The position numbers were made by a program, and so were the translations under genes. 64,000 nucleotides of DNA from the human T2T-CHM13v2.0 reference genome, Homo sapiens, in the NCBI RefSeq assembly GCF_009914755.1, contig NC_060927.1. One strand, written 5' to 3'. Shown one piece after another: positions 55,935-64,000 of this stretch. Positions within the stretch are counted from its first letter, which is position 1. Every line of letters begins with the position of its first letter. The notes under the pieces were generated by a model, which did not search any database, was not told the DNA's origin, and worked only from the letters and a program-made list of their open reading frames with translations.

Positions 55935-56574
55935 GACTACTAATAACTAACTGGCAAGCTAAAATAATTATTGTAGAGAATGCATTAAAAAATTGTAGAT
56001 AAATCAGAGATGAAATGAAATTCATAGAATATTACTTTTGCTTCACAAAGTAGGGCATATAGCATATTACTAACAGTGTGCTGGACGAACTAGATTGTGA
56101 AAAATGAATGGCTTCAATCACATGAACTAAGAAGAAAAATAATGAAAGAGGCTGAAAGTTACTATTTTACTTCGTGATGCGTATATGTTTTCCCTTGTAA
56201 TTACTTGACAAAATAGTGATAGGAAAACCAATTACTTGACTATTTTGCCTTCCATGTGTGAAATTGTTGGCTTAACTTTTCTCTTTTTGAAAAAGGGAAG
56301 GTAGCTTTTTTTTTAACTAAATTTAATTAAATTACAATTTACTAACGTCATTCAGGTACATAATCTTCTCCCAAGATCTGAAGTGGATCAGTTATTTTAA
56401 TGAAAAAAAATGCATATGATGTAAATGGCTAAATTTTAATATAGTCCCCAAATTATTTGCATTTGTGCAAATCTTTCTGGGTAAAAGCACTGATTTTTGT
56501 CTTTTTTTAGGAAAACTCAACTAAGATCTTTTGAAGTAATTCTGTAGTTAAGAAAAGCAAACATGATTTTTAAA

Positions 56575-58708
<2,134 letters not shown>

Positions 58709-60387
58709 AAACAAACCTGTTTTAAAATGTTCAGTTAAGCATAGATATTTTACATTTAAATTGTCAAAATATGTTTGTGATTGTCAACTTTTAATTTACT
58801 AAAATAAGAAAAATGAAACTATGATCAATTCATTATTTCATAAACTGAGGCCTATTTTAACATCAAAAAGGAAAGACAGTCTCAAATTTTAGGAATTGCA
58901 CCTAATCGTATTAAACAGTTTATTAAAACTCACATCTCCTAATCAAGATGTTGATGTGAAGACATCAAATACCACATTGTGTAACTAACCTACCACAGTC
59001 TAGCTAAAACATTAGCTATGTCTTTTTCTAAGAAATAATATTTTCTTCTTATTTATACAAAACCCTTTGGTTAGTTGCCATGACAGCAGGATGTCATATA
59101 TTTGAGGATAATTCATGACACACTTTTGGTTTATAATTATTTTCCTACTTTTAGTAGTGATATTAAATGTTAGAGTTTTTGTTCCTTCCACTTAAAACAT
59201 AGTTATAAAAATGTCTATCAGTAGCACCAAAGTGGTGGCTTGAACCTGAACAGATTCAATTCATCATTAGAGAAAACCATTTCCTCTTTACAGAACCGGA
59301 TTAGTGCGGTATGGTATTTAAAATCTTGGACTCTAGAAAGCCACCTGCTTCTGCTGAGGTATTCAGACAAAGACTCTTGGAAGCGGGCCAGGTTTGTGCA
59401 ATGCTCAAACCCATTGCTTACGTGTTTGACAGTAACATCTGGTAGCAACAGGTGCTGAATTCTAGAGAGCCATAATTATTTTGAGAGAAGGAGAAGTTGT
59501 CTTACACAGTTATTATCATGCTACTACCTCAGGTATTAGAAAGAGGCAATCATTTTATACTTCCCTGGCAGCATATGTTTTCTCAATTTTGCAGATGAAA
59601 TTTCTAGATCATATACATCGTGAGATTAAGAATCTTTCTATGTTTTATAACAATAGGTTTCAAAAGAGCATCAAGAATCAGATGCAAATGTTTTGTTGCC
59701 TCAGTTTTTCTGTTTAAAAGCCATTGAGGTAGGTGCCAAAAAATTCATGGCTAGCCTATTACAAATAAAATTTGATAGCAGTACCTCTCTTGGTTTCACA
59801 CTCTATCCTGGAGCCAGTCATAAATAAGACTGTCAGATTTTGTACCATTAAATTTTTTTTCTTAGCTTTGTTTATCTCAGCTGTTAAGAATTCCCCTTTT
59901 CCATTTTTTTCTGTCTCAGACAGATTATTATTAAAAAAGATATGACAGGTGCCAGTGCATCTATATGTTGTTTGTCTTTTGGAGCAATATCTTATATGGT
60001 GAGTGCACCCACAAAAATAGTTGTTTGATCACGTTTACCTCCAGAAACCAGAAACTGACATTTATACCTTGGTAGCATAGCCAGTTCGAATAGCCTGCCT
60101 TAATTTGCATTCATTTGTCATAACTAATGGGAACAAGTAATGGTCATTTTTAAGGGATATAAAGATTATCAGGGTAGGCATTTTCAGGTACAAATTTTAC
60201 CTCCCTTCTGCTGCTCACTCTGAAATTCTGAATACAAAGCTACCATTCATTGATTTATACATTCTTTGTTTCATCAAACATTAATGATAGCCTACAATAT
60301 AAAAGGTATTCTGGGAGGTGTCAAATACGCAGTAGTGAATGAAATAGGCATAATGCCTGCCCTCCTGTAGTTTATGGATTAGTCATA

Positions 60388-60580
60388 GGACTTATGAATT
60401 CAAATGCCTTCAGGGCCATGCAGGTAAAGATGATGAGTAAGGCTGTGAATATAAGCCTATAATTAGTGCTGGGGGTTGTAGCTGAAGGAGAGTGATTGTT
60501 CTACTGGATGGAATTGAAATTCAAAATTTGTTTAAACAATGAATCATACTTACCAAAATAAAAAGACACACCTGTAGTCT
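60388..60580. mobile_element. MER102-like hAT-Charlie fragment
   Basis: aattcaaatgccttcagggccatgcaggtaaag...gagt...ccaaaataaaaagacacacctg; name from memory and uncertain. Confidence 0.45.
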
Positions 60581-62113
60581 GAGCACTTTATTTGGCTGGC
60601 ACTCCACCCATGAGACTGAGCTTCTGGTCTTGAATCAGAGAAGAGATGTCCCAGAGACTGTGAGATCTGTGTCTGCATTTACAACCTTGTTTTCTCACTT
60701 ACCGCATATCATGTGATCAACAACTGGGCAGGCAGGCACCTTGGGGAAGTCAGCTATGGAAGCCAGGATGAGTTGTCAAGTTCTTATTCACAGAGCAACC
60801 ACATGTAACTGGCTGAATAGACGGCCTACCTTAGGCACTCGTGGTCTGTTGGTTACACTGAACTGCTGTCTGCTCAGATTACATTCAGCAGTTCTGGCTG
60901 ATATACTGGTTTGCTTTATTGGTAGTGACTTTTATCCAATTAACATCTGATTTATTATCCTATAAACTGGGAATTGTCTTTTAATTCATAGCAAATAGTT
61001 TAATTGTTTTCTAAAGGGTGAACTGTCATGAGCTTACTTTAATGTGAATGTAGGTCAGACTCTCTGTGGGCCAGGAGTCTCCAAACTCTTCAGCTGAGCA
61101 TCATAGCAAAATGAAACAAACAAACAAACAACAACAACCAAAAAACCCAATAATGATTTGACTACCCATCATACATACATACACGCACATGCATACATAC
61201 TACTCGACTTTATGGAAATTTAAAAACCTATGTAAAAAATAGAACTTTTTAAATGAATGAAATATCATCAAAGGCTATGGATTAAATAATAGTAACAATA
61301 AAAAGAATAAATCATAGCAACAACAAAAAATTGTAAATGCTAACATTTATTTGAGTGCCTATTACCTTCTAGATACATCATCAGTGAAGGGAACATAGTA
61401 ATTACCAAATGTATTTTATAACTTATTCTATCATAAAATAAAACTGTTAATGTCTACTATAGTAATGCCATTCTTTTTTGCTATTTAACAGATTAAAAGT
61501 AATGTCTTCTTTGTAGTTTGTGTTTATTTTTAATAGCTGTTATCAACTGGGTAATGCCTAAGTAGTCTTCTTGTATAAGTTGGATCGTCATTGATTAATG
61601 GTTTATAAGTAGGGTTATATTGTAGGATGTTATCGACAGTAATTCCAAAACTTTGAGAAGAAAATTTGGCACAATAATGTAATAAAGAGATCATAATATA
61701 ATAAAGAGATCTAGTTTTCTGTAAGAAAAATAGCAACATTCCGTTGTGTTTCTGAGATCATAGATCTAGTTATTTGCCCTTGTCCCTAATAGGCCATCCC
61801 ATGGTAAATCAACCTAATACAAACTTGTTTTATAGTATGAACATCAAAATATTGTGAATAAAAAGTTAGACAACTTTTGATTGTTTCCTTCTGCTATGGT
61901 CCATGAAAAATTAGGACTATGATACTTATACTAATGGTGCTTATACTATTATTTATACTTTTTTATGTATGTGGGTACATAATTCCTAGGGAAGATTAAA
62001 GAGAACTGGCACACCAAAAATATTATACAGAAGTGAAACAAGGATCTGGTAGTGGTGGGGAAATATAATATGGATATTTAACAATTGCTACATTATGTAG
62101 AATTCTAATGTAT

Positions 62114-62490
<377 letters not shown>

Positions 62491-63874
62491 TTACACATTC
62501 ATAAGTAGTAAATAACTTCTAACATTGATATGCATACCTATCTCTTATATTTTCATATTTCTTATTTTCTCTTATATTTTTATTCTTTGAGAACCTGTAT
62601 GTCTTAGTAACAGGAAGTATACAACTTACCTCTTAAAGATCTACCTCTGACATTTTTCTTGCTGAATTGCTCAAAACCTTAAAGGTTTACATGTTTCAAA
62701 TGGTGTCTAGCCTTTCCAGCCAAATGGAGGGAGAGATAAAAGCCTGCTCCTCCCAGTCTCCAGCTGCTGTTGCTTTTCTGTACTATGTCATGTCAGTGTT
62801 GAAGATGGGACTGCCCATCTAACAAATGATGTTCTGTGATGCAGTGAGGCCTACCTTACCCACAAGCAGTTAAGGTCAGCTTGATTCCATGAAAGGACAC
62901 TGCACTGTCTCAGTTGGAGGTTGCCCTGTGCATGGTCTTAAAGGATGCAGCTCTTCATATACAGTTTTTTAGTTCACATATGAAACCTTGTCCATGGGTC
63001 CCTTTCTGCTGTAGGGACACTGGGCCAGCACTGATCTAACTTTTCCCACATTATAAACCCCAAATTACTATTATGAATACATTTTAGGGTTCAAGTAAAT
63101 TTAAGTTTTAAACAGTTTAAACAGAATTTTATGCTATATTGATAGAAGAGATCACCACTCATTATGTGATATCGAAAAAGTAAAGTAAGGAAGAGCTATG
63201 TTAGTCTGGCCCAGTCTGACTGAGCAAGGCAAACTCCTGGTGTCATTTAGTTTATTGGCATGTAGATTACTGAAATAGGGGTGGGTTGACTTAGGCCTTG
63301 GAAGCTTTTTCACTAGAGTGAGTATACTGCTGATTGCCTGTCTTTCAAAGAGTGAGACTGTCATTGATTGGTTGGCTTTCAGAGGTCGTTCACTGAAGGG
63401 AGCTTTTATTAACTGATTAAAATTTTAAAACCAGTTGTGAAACTGTAAAGCAATTAGACTTTTTCTAAACATATGGGGATTTAAAAAATTCTCATCTTTT
63501 TCCCCAAAATGGAACTTTTCACTTGATTTATAGGAACTCTTTTGAGGGGATTTACCCAGAGTTTACTCAAAGTGACTCCTTCTTTGAAGTGGTGGCCAGT
63601 GTAACTTAATTTTCTAAATGATAATTTCTAGGTGATTTCAACATGCATATACCTATTTTTCATATCTGAGGCTGCCTTTAATGATTTCAAAGAGATTTTC
63701 TGGTACCTTTATCACTAGAAAAAAATTCCATGAAAACCGTATATCATTTCTGTTGCATTATCCTACTGGACTATGAAGATTGAGCCGATTAATTATAAGC
63801 ATAATAATATGGAAAATTATCTGTCTACCCAAAAAAGGTAAATCTTAATTCTTATAGAGACAACACACTGTTTA

Positions 63875-64000
63875 AGTTAAGAGCATAGATTTTAAAGAAC
63901 AGATTATCTGTCACCTACTTGATAGGTAACCTTGAGAAATTTATTTAATCTCTCTTTCCTTATCTGTAAAATAGAAGTAAAATATTACCTTTTTTATTGG
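63875..64000 (+). mobile_element. MIR, running off the window end
   Basis: gttaagagcatagattt...taaccttgagaaatttatttaatctctct...tatctgtaaaatag. Confidence 0.65.

Overview
AT-rich, repeat-dense hominid (human-like) genomic DNA. The only supportable protein-coding feature is a 502-bp internal exon (6266-6767, + strand) that I recognise from memory as coding exon 2 of NAALADL2. It encodes the cytoplasmic tail, signal-anchor TM helix and start of the ectodomain of an M28/transferrin-receptor-like type II membrane protein. The rest is intron containing eight Alus or Alu monomers, a 5'-truncated sense L1PA5-like element, an antisense L1PA16-like element, an old L1MA8/9 carrying a nested Alu and a near-full-length SVA, several LTRs, DNA-transposon relics, MIR/L2 fragments and microsatellites. 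Most notable observations: (1) a 27-nt antisense 5S rRNA fragment between the target-site duplication and the 5' end of the L1PA, with a geometry suggesting second-strand priming on a different RNA; (2) two short locally templated insertions, one a perfect 45-bp copy inside a CA repeat and one a 63-bp copy (55/63) inside the L1MA; (3) a perfect oestrogen-response palindrome next to a FOXA site; (4) an LEWD kinesin-light-chain-type motif and a TfR2-like YQKV motif in the NAALADL2 tail; (5) a candidate recursive splice site with a poison exon. Repeat subfamily names come from remembered consensus sequences, and the boundaries of old repeats are approximate.
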